The notes: generated by a model from the sequence alone, not told the origin. DNA of 38,519 nt from Gammaproteobacteria bacterium (GCA_027484495.1 JAIXSW010000327.1:1-38519), one strand, 5' to 3'; positions 16,756 through 26,228 are shown, numbered from the stretch's first letter. Made by a program: numbers and translations.

Positions 16756-19743
16756 TCAGAACTGGTAGCGCACCACCAGCGAGACGATCCGCGATGGCTG
16801 CAAACCCTGCGCGACATCCCAGTCCGGGTTGGCGGCAAAACTGCCATCTGTTTTGGTGACTTGTGCGATTTCATTGACCCGCGTCGGAGTATCTAAATTC
16901 AACAGATTGTAGGCTGTACCTTTCACTGTTAAGTCCCCGCCCGCGACCGTCGTCTGATAGGTCAGCGACAAATCCATTTCATACAACCAGTCGAGACGAC
17001 CCGCGCTGCCACGTGGGGCCGGCGTGCCGTCCCAGTTGTAGAAAGATGCCTGATCATACCATTGGCTGGCACACCAGTCGGCCCATAATGACGGTGCTTT
17101 ACAGGTGTCGACGCCGGCCGGATGGATACTGAAGCGGTTTTTTGGTGCACCGGAAGTGGCGCGGGCGACTAAACCCAGACTCCAGTCGTCGCTGAGCTGA
17201 TAAATCCCGCTGAATTTCAGTGCATGACGGTGGTCGTTTGGCAGGTTGCCATAGCCGTGGTCCATCAGATCGGCATAATCGTAAGACGTGGTCCAGCCCG
17301 GATCGGCCTGGCCGTTATCGGTACGGACCAAACCTTCGGTCATGCCCCAGCTGTGCGACCAGACATAAGAGGCAAATACCTGCAGCTCATCCAGTGGTTT
17401 ACCTTCGAGGGTAAACTCGGCAGCCAGATAACGCCGTTTCGGATCCGGTAATTGCAGATCGGCCGCGCTTAATTCCACCCGCTCTTTTTTGCCATCCTGA
17501 TCAAAGTCATACAGGAAAGTCACGTCCTGACCCGGATTGATTAGCGTGTAGAAATAACTTTCATTCGATTTATTCTTTATTTTGTTTTGCTTCAGCCACT
17601 GTGCCACCACCGGGCCGAGATCCGAATCTTCAATCGACTGTTTTAAATCGCGATACACCAGCCGCGCGCCGCCTTTGTAACGCTCGCCGAGCTGCTGTTC
17701 GATACCGAAAGTCCATTCATCGGAATACATCGGGCCCAGATCTTGCGCTGCAATGCGTTCAACATCGACGGCACCACTTTGCACGGTATTGGTGGCCACC
17801 AGCGCACCAATGTCCGGTGAACCGTCCGCTTTTAACAGTGGGCTGCCATTCGCGGCAAGCTGGCCCGGTTTGTAATAAAAGTGCAGATCTTTCTGACCGC
17901 TGGCCTGTTTGATATTCATGTTGGCGGCGATCGGCTGGAAATAACGGCCGGCAGTGGCAAACACTTTCTGACTACCATCACCATGACGGTCCCAGATCAG
18001 TTGCAGGCGTGGCGCGATCTGATTTTTTAACTCAGCATAGGCCTCGCCGGTGGTGGCGGTGTTTTCGAAATTGCTGTGGCGGATCCCAGCGTTTAACACC
18101 AGGGTGTCGGTCATTTGCCAACTATCCTGCAGATAAAATGCCGCCGAATTTACTTCGGTTTCACCGCCGGTATCGCGCTGACGTTTACGGATATAAGTGC
18201 CTGCCGGCAGGTTGATGCGCGGAATGGCGGTATAAGTACGATATTCCCACCAGCCGCGTGCTTCACCGACGCCATTTTGATATTCCAGATAGTCCACAGT
18301 TAAGTTTTCACTGTCATAACCAAACTGCAGCGTGTGATCGCCCAGTTGCCAGGTAAAATCTAACCGGATCTGGTCGCGCTGATACGACTCACCGGTCAGA
18401 TTGCTGGTGGTCCAGTCGCCGATACTCTCGCCATTCAGGTTGACATAATCCCAGACGCCGGGCAGGTCATTGGTCGGCACTGTGTCGCTGTTATCTTCAA
18501 CCCGGCCCACTGTGGCAGACACCGAGAAATCATCAGTGAAAAAACCCTGATAACGCGCCGAATACAGAGTGCCGCCGCTGGTTGCTAACGTCGTGCCGGA
18601 GTGATCGCCGACGCCGCTTTGTTTGTTCCATTTATAGTTTTGATAGGTCAGATCTGCACTGTTGTCCAAAGCGGTCAGTGTCAGCGAGTGATCTTCGGTG
18701 ATATACCAGTCCAGATTCACAAACCAGCGGTTGTCATCTTTGGTGTAGTCGGTAAAAGCTGTGCCCGCTGAATTGGCATACTCCTCCTGATAACGCCGTG
18801 GATTAAACAAGGCATAAAAAAACGCTTTGTCTTCCAGCAAGGGGCCACTGAGCCAAACACTGGCTTCGCGGAACTGTTTTTCACTCGCTTCGTTGTTCAG
18901 CGACATACTGCCATTGGGGTTGTATACAGTGTCGTGGGATGATGCTAATGCTGCCGGGTCATAGCGTAATTCGGCGCCGTAGCGAAACTCGTTAGTTCCC
19001 GATTGAGATACAGCGTTCACTACCCCGCCGATAAAACGATCGTACTCAGCAGAAATACCGCCGGTTTTCACCTGCGTCTGCGAAATCGCTTCCCAGGGTA
19101 AATCAATAGAACCAATACCCGTGCGCAGCGCGCTGATATTCATACCGTTTAAGAAATAGCCATTCTCGGCCGACGATGCGCCCCCAAAGCTTGAGGCTTT
19201 AAACTGGGAACTGCGCGCCACACCCGGGGTTAACAAGGCAATGTTTTCGAAACCGGTATTGACCGGCATTAAATCCAGCGTGGCGGCATCCAGCGTCAGA
19301 CCTGCCGTCGAATCGCTGGTATCGATTTGGCGCATCATCGCGCCTTTGACTTCAATGCGCTCAATATCGCCATCCTGTGGCAGCACCGGCGCGAATGTCT
19401 GTGCCTGACCGAGGCTGATATTCAGTTGCTGTAATTCGACCGGCGCCTGACCGGCGCGGCTTGCAAGTACCTGATAACGGCCGACCGGCAATGCACGCAG
19501 TACATATTCGCCTTTGGCATTGGTCTGTGCCGAGCGGCTAAAGCCCTGCTCCAGATGTTTCACTGTGATAGTGACATTTTCCAACTGCTGGCCGGCGCTG
19601 GAACTGACCACGCCGCGCAGCAAACCGGAAGTATTATCCTGCGCCATGACTGCGCTGGTGTTTAGCGCCAGACCAAGCGCACTGGCTAGCAAAGATAAGC
19701 GTAGGGTGTTGATTTGATAGCTTATTTTATGACTGTGTTTCAC
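16756..19743 (-). CDS. Large Oar-type TonB-dependent receptor with N-terminal carboxypeptidase-regulatory-like domain
   Basis: GTG 19743 (RBS AAGGA) and signal peptide. TNAKGEYVLRALPVGRY N-domain; plug IALLTPGV...ENGYFLNGMN...QVKTGGISAEY..GGVVNAVSQSGTN; C-terminal VRYQF. Confidence 0.92.
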   Translation of the reverse strand: MKHSHKISYQINTLRLSLLASALGLALNTSAVMAQDNTSGLLRGVVSSSAGQQLENVTITVKHLEQGFSRSAQTNAKGEYVLRALPVGRYQVLASRAGQAPVELQQLNISLGQAQTFAPVLPQDGDIERIEVKGAMMRQIDTSDSTAGLTLDAATLDLMPVNTGFENIALLTPGVARSSQFKASSFGGASSAENGYFLNGMNISALRTGIGSIDLPWEAISQTQVKTGGISAEYDRFIGGVVNAVSQSGTNEFRYGAELRYDPAALASSHDTVYNPNGSMSLNNEASEKQFREASVWLSGPLLEDKAFFYALFNPRRYQEEYANSAGTAFTDYTKDDNRWFVNLDWYITEDHSLTLTALDNSADLTYQNYKWNKQSGVGDHSGTTLATSGGTLYSARYQGFFTDDFSVSATVGRVEDNSDTVPTNDLPGVWDYVNLNGESIGDWTTSNLTGESYQRDQIRLDFTWQLGDHTLQFGYDSENLTVDYLEYQNGVGEARGWWEYRTYTAIPRINLPAGTYIRKRQRDTGGETEVNSAAFYLQDSWQMTDTLVLNAGIRHSNFENTATTGEAYAELKNQIAPRLQLIWDRHGDGSQKVFATAGRYFQPIAANMNIKQASGQKDLHFYYKPGQLAANGSPLLKADGSPDIGALVATNTVQSGAVDVERIAAQDLGPMYSDEWTFGIEQQLGERYKGGARLVYRDLKQSIEDSDLGPVVAQWLKQNKIKNKSNESYFYTLINPGQDVTFLYDFDQDGKKERVELSAADLQLPDPKRRYLAAEFTLEGKPLDELQVFASYVWSHSWGMTEGLVRTDNGQADPGWTTSYDYADLMDHGYGNLPNDHRHALKFSGIYQLSDDWSLGLVARATSGAPKNRFSIHPAGVDTCKAPSLWADWCASQWYDQASFYNWDGTPAPRGSAGRLDWLYEMDLSLTYQTTVAGGDLTVKGTAYNLLNLDTPTRVNEIAQVTKTDGSFAANPDWDVAQGLQPSRIVSLVVRYQF

Positions 19744-19771
19744 TGTCCAATCCTTATGTGAGGATATTATA

Positions 19772-19785
19772 TATTGTATACCATT
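19772..19785. promoter_or_regulatory. GntR-family (HypR-like) operator, copy 2
   Basis: TATTGTATACCATT, a 12/14 match to the palindrome at 20991, about 30 bp upstream of the TBDR start. Confidence 0.75.
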
Positions 19786-19892
19786 TCTGGCAGGCGCTAT
19801 CCTAGATGAAAAATTCGCCAACTGTAAAGGGGCGTTTTTGCATTTTCGTCACAAAAATGGCGCCATAGTGTTGCTTGGGCAGCGCTCCCAGA

Positions 19893-20933
19893 TCAGGGTT
19901 TGGGCTGGGCATCCTTGGTTTTAGAAACCTTGCTCTGAGAAACTTTGCTTTGTGAAATGTGGGCCAGCCACTGCTTAAAGCCGGCATCCAGCGACGTTCC
20001 CCAGCTTTTCACCAGTGCCTGATAACGCGGGTAATCGCCGGCGCGCCAGAATTGCAGCAGCTGGCTGGTTTTAGCGGGATGCTGTTCAATCAGGTAGCGG
20101 CTGGCCAGATAACCCCAGCGATACACCCGCTCGCTGCCGCCGTTCTGTTCATAGCCGGTGTTAAACAGCGCACTGAGCTCAAACGCCGGGTTTGCCGCCA
20201 ATGCCAATGCTTGTGGGTTGTCTGCCCCATGCGCGATGTATTCAGCCAGGCCTTCAGTCCACCACACGAGGTATGGCGTCAGTGGAGCTGGCTTCGGGCA
20301 ATTTTCCGGTGCGGCATGGGAATCGTGTAAGTTGGCGCAAAAATCGCCATAGAGGTTAAACCGACCATCAAGGTAATGGACAAACTCGTGCTGTAAGTTC
20401 CACACCTCGCCGTTTTCGCGCTGATAAGCGACAAATTCGGCCTGGTTGCCGGGCCGGTCCGGGATGCCTTCCAGATACATGCCGCCGTTATCGGTTGGCA
20501 TCGAAAAATGCAGTCCGGCGTAACGTTGATAATCCGCTTTGGAGGCATAAATGTTGGCGCGCAGGGTCGTATTGCCATCATGTGCGACAGGTTTATGTCC
20601 GGTCTGCAGCAATTGATGAAACCTTTGCTCCAGCGCGGCCAGCTCAGTGCAAATTTGCCTCAACTGGCCGGCCTGAAGCTGAGCATGACGTAGTTGTAAA
20701 GTATCGCTGCAGCGATGCAATTGATGCAGCACTTCAGACACTGCCGGCCCCGCCGGTGCTTTGTCTACCATGGCCCATGCCGGTAACGGCAGTGCTGCTG
20801 TCCACAGCGCCAGCCCGGCAACAGCCGACGTCAATGCATGTACTGTCAGCCCTCTTGTTTTAACCAGCCGCTTCGGCACCGGCCGGTTGAGCCGCGTTAG
20901 TGGCTGTGTTTCAACTAAAAAAAATCCCCGCAT
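19893..20933 (-). CDS. Short secreted M9 (microbial collagenase family) metallopeptidase, peptidase domain only
   Basis: TDNGGMYLEG.P...NQAEFVAY, WNLQHEFVHYLDGRFN (HExxH), WWTEGLAEYIA and RVYRWGYLA motifs. ATG 20933 with AGGAG RBS; signal peptide ending AWA. Confidence 0.88.
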   Translation of the reverse strand: MRGFFLVETQPLTRLNRPVPKRLVKTRGLTVHALTSAVAGLALWTAALPLPAWAMVDKAPAGPAVSEVLHQLHRCSDTLQLRHAQLQAGQLRQICTELAALEQRFHQLLQTGHKPVAHDGNTTLRANIYASKADYQRYAGLHFSMPTDNGGMYLEGIPDRPGNQAEFVAYQRENGEVWNLQHEFVHYLDGRFNLYGDFCANLHDSHAAPENCPKPAPLTPYLVWWTEGLAEYIAHGADNPQALALAANPAFELSALFNTGYEQNGGSERVYRWGYLASRYLIEQHPAKTSQLLQFWRAGDYPRYQALVKSWGTSLDAGFKQWLAHISQSKVSQSKVSKTKDAQPKP

Positions 20934-20990
20934 CACATTCTCCTGTTCCGGTGGAAAATCCACCAAGTGGCTTTACATTGTCATTTAATA

Positions 20991-21004
20991 TATTGTATAC
21001 AATA
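20991..21004. promoter_or_regulatory. GntR-family (HypR-like) operator, copy 1
   Basis: Perfect 14-bp palindrome TATTGTATACAATA in the divergent promoter between the collagenase and the hydroxyproline operon. TTGT-N2-ACAA is a GntR/FadR-type core. Confidence 0.8.
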
Positions 21005-21047
21005 GTCAGATATTGAAATGCAACGCCAGGACAAAGAGCACGCAGTT

Positions 21048-22181
21048 ATGTTGAATCCACCGGTTTTCCCCAGGGCACCGCAGTCAGCCGAACTGGCACC
21101 GCAACTGAGCCAATGGGCGCCTACCGCGTCCACCTTGTGTATTCAGACACTGGATTGTCACACCGCCGGTGAGCCGCTGCGTATCGTCACAGCGGGCGTG
21201 CCACAGCTGCGCGGCGCGACTGTGCTGGCAAAGCGGCAGTATTGTTTGCAGCACCATGACGCGCTGCGACAACTACTGATGTTTGAACCACGCGGGCATG
21301 CCGATATGTACGGCTGCATCATCACGCCAGCGGAACGGCCTGACAGTGCTTTTGGCGTGATCTTTTTGCACAACGAGGGCTACAGCACCATGTGCGGCCA
21401 CGCGATGATTGCGTTGGCGAAAGTGGCAGTAGAAAGTGGCGCGGTTGCGGTGACGTTGCCGGTGAGCAGTTTTTGCGTCGATGCCCCTTGTGGGCAGGTG
21501 CGGTTGTATGCCGAAGTGGTCGCAACCACAACGCCGCACGGCAGCGGCTATCAGGTCCGAGACAGCTGGTTTGATAATGTGCCGTCTTTCGTCGATGGGC
21601 CGCTACGTGAGACTCAAGTGCCAGGCCTCGGCGTTGTGTCTTATCAGCTGGCGTATGGCGGCGCTTATTATGCGTATGTCGAGGCCGCTGATATTGGTCT
21701 GTCGCTAGCTGCGACCAATCACCGCGCCATCATTGCCGCCGGGCAGCAGATTAAGCTGCAGATCAACACCGAACTTGAAATCAGCCATCCCTTTGCCGCC
21801 GATTTAAGCTTTTTATACGGTGTGATCTTCACCGGACCGGCCCATACCGCACAAACCAGCGCACACCCGGCCACCACAACGGCCGATCTGCGAAATGTCT
21901 GTGTCTTTGCCGATGGTGAACTGGATCGCAGCCCGACCGGCAGTGGCGTGAGCGGGCTGGCGGCCATTTTGCACCAGCGCGGCCAGCTGCAACCGGCTGA
22001 AATACTTCGTGTTCAAAGTATCACCGGCGCGGTATTCCAAGTCAGCGTACTGCAGTCGTGCAGCTATGGACCCCATGCCGCCGTGATCCCACGTGTGCGC
22101 GGCCGGGCCTTTGTCACTGGCCGCCACCAGTTTTTCTTAGACCCACATGATCAATTTCCACAAGGATTTATTTTTCGATGA
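21048..22181 (+). CDS. lhpH: trans-3-hydroxy-L-proline dehydratase (proline racemase family, Cys/Thr type)
   Basis: DCHTAGEPLR, EPRGHADMYG, YSTMCGH and DRSPTGSG. The Cys/Thr catalytic pair marks the dehydratase rather than a Cys/Cys racemase or epimerase. Alternative start at 21018. Confidence 0.85.
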   Translation: MLNPPVFPRAPQSAELAPQLSQWAPTASTLCIQTLDCHTAGEPLRIVTAGVPQLRGATVLAKRQYCLQHHDALRQLLMFEPRGHADMYGCIITPAERPDSAFGVIFLHNEGYSTMCGHAMIALAKVAVESGAVAVTLPVSSFCVDAPCGQVRLYAEVVATTTPHGSGYQVRDSWFDNVPSFVDGPLRETQVPGLGVVSYQLAYGGAYYAYVEAADIGLSLAATNHRAIIAAGQQIKLQINTELEISHPFAADLSFLYGVIFTGPAHTAQTSAHPATTTADLRNVCVFADGELDRSPTGSGVSGLAAILHQRGQLQPAEILRVQSITGAVFQVSVLQSCSYGPHAAVIPRVRGRAFVTGRHQFFLDPHDQFPQGFIFR

Positions 22182-23335
22182 ATACAGGGATCCCGATGCG
22201 CGCCGATCTGCCGGCGTCACCCGAATATACCCGGCGCATGCGCCAGTTTCGCCAGGCCATGCAACAGGCAGGTCAGGACGCCGCGCTGATTTTTGCGCCG
22301 CAACATCTACGTTATCTGCTGAATTATGCCGGCGAAGCAGCGACCGCTCTGATCAGTAACGACCAGTGTTACCTCATCACCGACTATCGCTTTGAAGCGC
22401 AGGCGCGGCAGGAAACAGTGCAGGCGCATCCGCAATGTCAGGTGTTGTGTCGCGACCGTGACCGGCAAAGCCTCGGCGCTTTACTGGGCCAGCTGCTGGC
22501 TGATTTGCATTGCCACAACCTGTGGTTTGAAGCTGACCAGATCACAGTCCAGCTGTGGCAACAATTGCTGTCAGATCTACAATCGGCCGGCGATGGCCAT
22601 CTGCTGCGGGCCAGCGCTTGCCCGCCGGTGCTCGCCGGTATGCGAATGGTTAAAGATGATTATGAAGTCAGCCAAATTCAGCAGGCTGCAGCTATCGCAG
22701 ACAGTGCATTGGCGCAGGTACTTGGATTATTGAAACCGGGGATCCGCGAGCACGAATTTGCCACTGAACTGGAATATCAGCTGAAAAAACGCGGTGCCGA
22801 CGAGTTGTCGTTCGCCACTATCGTCGGTTTTGGTGCGCGATCGGCGCTGCCCCATGCTTTACCCGGCGATAAACGGCTGCAAAAAGGCGATTTGGTGTTG
22901 GTGGATTTTGGCGCTGCGGTCAATGGCTATCGCTCCGATATGACGCGCAGTTATGTCGCCGGAAAGCCGGACGTGATGCAACAGGCGCTGTATCAGACGG
23001 TACGGCAGGCACAGCAAGCAGCGCTGGCAAGCGTCAAAGCCGGCGTGACTGCGAGCAGCCTGTTTCAGCTCTCAGATCAGCTGCTGCAACAATCCGAATT
23101 TGGTCGTTTCGCCGGGCCCGGCCTTGGTCATGGTGTCGGTCTGCAATTACATGAGCAACCCTTTCTGAGTCCAAACTGCCACACACCATTGCAAAGCGGC
23201 ATGGTGGTGACGATAGAGCCGGGTTTATACCTGCCCAATTATGGCGGCGTGCGGCTGGAAGACGACGTATTGGTGACCGAGCGTGGTTACTCTTTGCTGA
23301 CGCAAGCGCCGAGCCGCTTCGAACTACCGCTCTGA
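22178..23335 (+). CDS. Xaa-Pro peptidase (M24B, prolidase / aminopeptidase P)
   Basis: ITDYRF, SALPH, VDFGA..NGYRSDMTR, GHGVGLQLHEQP and TIEPGLY...GGVRLEDDVLVT motifs. ATGA overlap with the upstream gene. Confidence 0.93.
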   Translation: MNTGIPMRADLPASPEYTRRMRQFRQAMQQAGQDAALIFAPQHLRYLLNYAGEAATALISNDQCYLITDYRFEAQARQETVQAHPQCQVLCRDRDRQSLGALLGQLLADLHCHNLWFEADQITVQLWQQLLSDLQSAGDGHLLRASACPPVLAGMRMVKDDYEVSQIQQAAAIADSALAQVLGLLKPGIREHEFATELEYQLKKRGADELSFATIVGFGARSALPHALPGDKRLQKGDLVLVDFGAAVNGYRSDMTRSYVAGKPDVMQQALYQTVRQAQQAALASVKAGVTASSLFQLSDQLLQQSEFGRFAGPGLGHGVGLQLHEQPFLSPNCHTPLQSGMVVTIEPGLYLPNYGGVRLEDDVLVTERGYSLLTQAPSRFELPL

Positions 23336-23359
23336 TCAAACAACAAAAAAGGAACACCG

Positions 23360-24301
23360 ATGCAGTTTATCAGTGCACAACAAGTCGATCAGGTACTGGA
23401 GTTTCCAATGCTGATCAACGCTTTACAACGTGGTTTTGCCAGTGAATTTTCGATGCCGGCGCGCCAGGTTTTTCCGCTGTCGCCAGCTGGCAACGAGGCG
23501 TTTGCGCTGTTGCCGGCCTGGACCGCTGACCTGATTGGCGTCAAAGCTTTTTGTTATTTTCCGGGCAACAGCACAGCCAATCTGCCGACCTTGCATTCCA
23601 ATATCTTGTTGTACCGGCGCGAGGACGGCACACCGCTGGCGATGGTCGAAGGCACGCGCGTAACGTGCTGGCGCACCGCGGCGGTTTCAGCGCTGGCGGC
23701 ACGGTATCTGGCGCGCCACGACGCCGCGACCTTGTTGTTGCTTGGTACTGGCGCCCTCGCCTTACCGCTGATCCTGGCGCACTTGTCGGAACGGCTACTG
23801 CGCCGTTTGCTGCTATGGGGCCGCTCCCCCGCTAAAGCTGCGCAGCTACGCCAACAGGTGCAACAACGCTATCCGGCGCTAGAGATTGAGATCTGCACCG
23901 ACATCAAAGCCGGCTGCCGCGAGGCCGACATCATTGTCGCTGCCACCGGCAGCGCGACGCCGCTACTGTTTGGCGCCGACATTCGCCCCGGTTGCCATGT
24001 CGATGTGCTTGGCAATCACAGCCCGGCGCAGCGCGAGTGCGACAGTGTTTTGTTACAACGGGCGTCGGTCTATGTCGATGACCGGCGCAACGTACTGAAT
24101 GAAGCCGGCGAACTGCTGATCCCGATCAACGAAGGCGTGTTTGCCGCCAGTGCTATTCGCGCCGAACTGGCAGAACTGTGCCGCGCCAACCGCTTCGCCC
24201 GCCAATCCGATCAGGAAATCACGTTGTTTAAATCGGTTGGCACTGCACTGGCCGATTTGCTTTGTGCCGGCCTGGTGCTGCAGCAACCGTATTTCAGTTA
24301 G
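23360..24301 (+). CDS. lhpI: Ornithine cyclodeaminase / mu-crystallin family protein, probable Delta1-pyrroline-2-carboxylate reductase
   Basis: GVKAF, T.WRTAAVSALAARYLAR, LLGTGALA, EAGELL and ITLFKSVGTALADL motifs. The specific function is inferred from co-operonic 3-Hyp dehydratase. Confidence 0.82.
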   Translation: MQFISAQQVDQVLEFPMLINALQRGFASEFSMPARQVFPLSPAGNEAFALLPAWTADLIGVKAFCYFPGNSTANLPTLHSNILLYRREDGTPLAMVEGTRVTCWRTAAVSALAARYLARHDAATLLLLGTGALALPLILAHLSERLLRRLLLWGRSPAKAAQLRQQVQQRYPALEIEICTDIKAGCREADIIVAATGSATPLLFGADIRPGCHVDVLGNHSPAQRECDSVLLQRASVYVDDRRNVLNEAGELLIPINEGVFAASAIRAELAELCRANRFARQSDQEITLFKSVGTALADLLCAGLVLQQPYFS

Positions 24302-24344
24302 ACCAGCATCGTCGCCCCATCAGCGTCTCTTTTCGGGAGTTTTC

Positions 24345-26147
24345 ATGACCTCAGTCCACGCGAAGACCCGCACGGCCAAACCCTTTGGCCGCGCTTTTTA
24401 TCTTGCCAACGGCATGGAGATTTTTGAACGTCTGGCCTGGTATGGCTTTTTCAGCCTGTCGTCGTTGTACCTGACCAGCCCGCATGATCAGGGGGGCCTC
24501 GGTTTTAGCGATCAGGAGCGCGGTTTTCTACAGGGTATGATCCCGTTTTTGCTGTACTTGTTGCCGGTGCTGACCGGTGCGCTAGCCGACCGTTATGGCT
24601 ACCGCCGGATGTTTTTACTGTCGTTTTGCCTGATGGCGCCGGGTTATTTTTTGCTTGGCCAGGTGCATAGTTTCTGGCCGTTTTTTGCCGTGTTTTTGCT
24701 GGTGGCGATCGGCGCCGCTTGTTTTAAACCTGTGGTGGTCGGCACTGTTGGCCGAAGCAGCGACGACAGTAACCGGGGGCTGGCATTTGGTGTGTTTTAT
24801 ACCATGGTCAACATCGGCGGTTTTTTAGGTCCGCTGGTCGCCGGTTATTTACGCGCCATCAGCTGGGATTTGGTGTTCCTGATGTCGTCGTTCTGGATCC
24901 TGCTGAATTTTATTCCAGCCCTGCTGTGGTATCGCGAACCGCAACCTGCAGGCGCTACGACTGCTGATCAGCGCAGCCTGCCTCAGGTGTTACTTGATAT
25001 GCAAAGTGTGCTCGGTAATGGCCGGCTCGCGTTGTTGGTGCTGCCGCTGTTGTTACTGCTGATGTTCAGCCCGCGGTTGCCATTAAGCCCGTCGCTGTTG
25101 CTGGCGATTGGCCTGAGCTGGCTGGTCCTGAACCTGTTATGGAGTGCCTGGCAACGCTTTCGGGCGGCATCTGCTGCAACCGCAGCAACCTCAGATCAGG
25201 CAGTGCCGTGGTACCAGCAGCCGATCCGGTTGGGACACCGGCCTTTTGTGGTGTACCTGCTGATCCTGACCGGCTTTTTTACCGCATATATGCAACTGTT
25301 TATCACGTTGCCGCTGTATCTGCGCGATTATGTCAATACCGCCGATTTGGTGCGGTACTTAAGCAGTGTCGCTCCGGGCACGCTGGACTATCTGGCCGCG
25401 GTGAACGTACCGCAGCTCGCTATCGCCTTGCCCGCAATGGCGCAGCAATATCTGGCAGATCCGGCGCAGCTGCCTGACATCGCCCGTCAACTCGCTCATC
25501 ATAAAGTCCTGCTGCCACTGGCCGATCTTGCTTCGGGTTTACAGCAACTCAATCAAGCCGGCTCCGATGCGATGCAGCTCGCACACCAGTGGACACTGGC
25601 ACACCGGCAAATTAATCCGGAATATATCGTCAATCTGGGCTTTCTCAGTATTGTACTGGGTCAGATTGCGATCAGCCAATTGATCCAACGCTGGCCGGCA
25701 CTGCCAGTGCTGGTAATTGGCACAGTGCTGCTGAGCTTAGGTTTGCTGCAGTGTGGTTTGTCCGCTGACGCCCGTATCACCGGCGCCGCGCTCGGTGGTG
25801 GCGTGCTGGCGATCGGCGGTGTGTTGTTGTTTTCGCTCGGTGAAATGGTGGCATCACCAAAAAGCCAAGAGTATGTCGCAGCGATTGCACCGGCGCGTCA
25901 GACCGCGATGTACATGGGGTATTATTTTGTTGCCATGGCGCTTGGTAACTTGTTCGCCGGCTTATTGTCGGGCTGGTCCTACAGTTATTTCGGCCAGACG
26001 CTGCAACAACCGATGCTGATGTGGGGTTTGTTTGCGCTAATCGCTGGCCTCACCGCGACAGCATTATTGTGCTTTCATTATTGGTTGCGTCGCGCCACCA
26101 GCACAGACCCTATGGCGCAGCCGCTCTCAGCAGCAGACGGTACCTGA
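24345..26147 (+). CDS. POT/PTR-like proton-coupled oligopeptide MFS transporter
   Basis: ATG 24345 after GGGAG. ExxERxxxY motif EIFERLAWY; GALADRYGYRR, FKP, FYTMVNIGG and LGEMVASP motifs. Confidence 0.9.
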   Translation: MTSVHAKTRTAKPFGRAFYLANGMEIFERLAWYGFFSLSSLYLTSPHDQGGLGFSDQERGFLQGMIPFLLYLLPVLTGALADRYGYRRMFLLSFCLMAPGYFLLGQVHSFWPFFAVFLLVAIGAACFKPVVVGTVGRSSDDSNRGLAFGVFYTMVNIGGFLGPLVAGYLRAISWDLVFLMSSFWILLNFIPALLWYREPQPAGATTADQRSLPQVLLDMQSVLGNGRLALLVLPLLLLLMFSPRLPLSPSLLLAIGLSWLVLNLLWSAWQRFRAASAATAATSDQAVPWYQQPIRLGHRPFVVYLLILTGFFTAYMQLFITLPLYLRDYVNTADLVRYLSSVAPGTLDYLAAVNVPQLAIALPAMAQQYLADPAQLPDIARQLAHHKVLLPLADLASGLQQLNQAGSDAMQLAHQWTLAHRQINPEYIVNLGFLSIVLGQIAISQLIQRWPALPVLVIGTVLLSLGLLQCGLSADARITGAALGGGVLAIGGVLLFSLGEMVASPKSQEYVAAIAPARQTAMYMGYYFVAMALGNLFAGLLSGWSYSYFGQTLQQPMLMWGLFALIAGLTATALLCFHYWLRRATSTDPMAQPLSAADGT

Positions 26148-26172
26148 AGCGACAACAGCGGCTGCAGCAACA

Positions 26173-26199
26173 ACAAAAGCGGCACTGGGCCGCTTTTGT
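26173..26199. terminator. Bidirectional terminator
   Basis: ACAAAAGCGGC-actgg-GCCGCTTTTGT between the convergent transporter and S10 peptidase genes. Confidence 0.75.
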
Positions 26200-26228
26200 C
26201 ATCACATCACCAATTTGCACGTCGCGGA

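Noticed and set aside
21048-22181. Annotation as proline racemase or 4-hydroxyproline 2-epimerase
   Set aside because: The second catalytic position is Thr (DRSPTGSG), not Cys, which fits the 3-hydroxyproline dehydratase.
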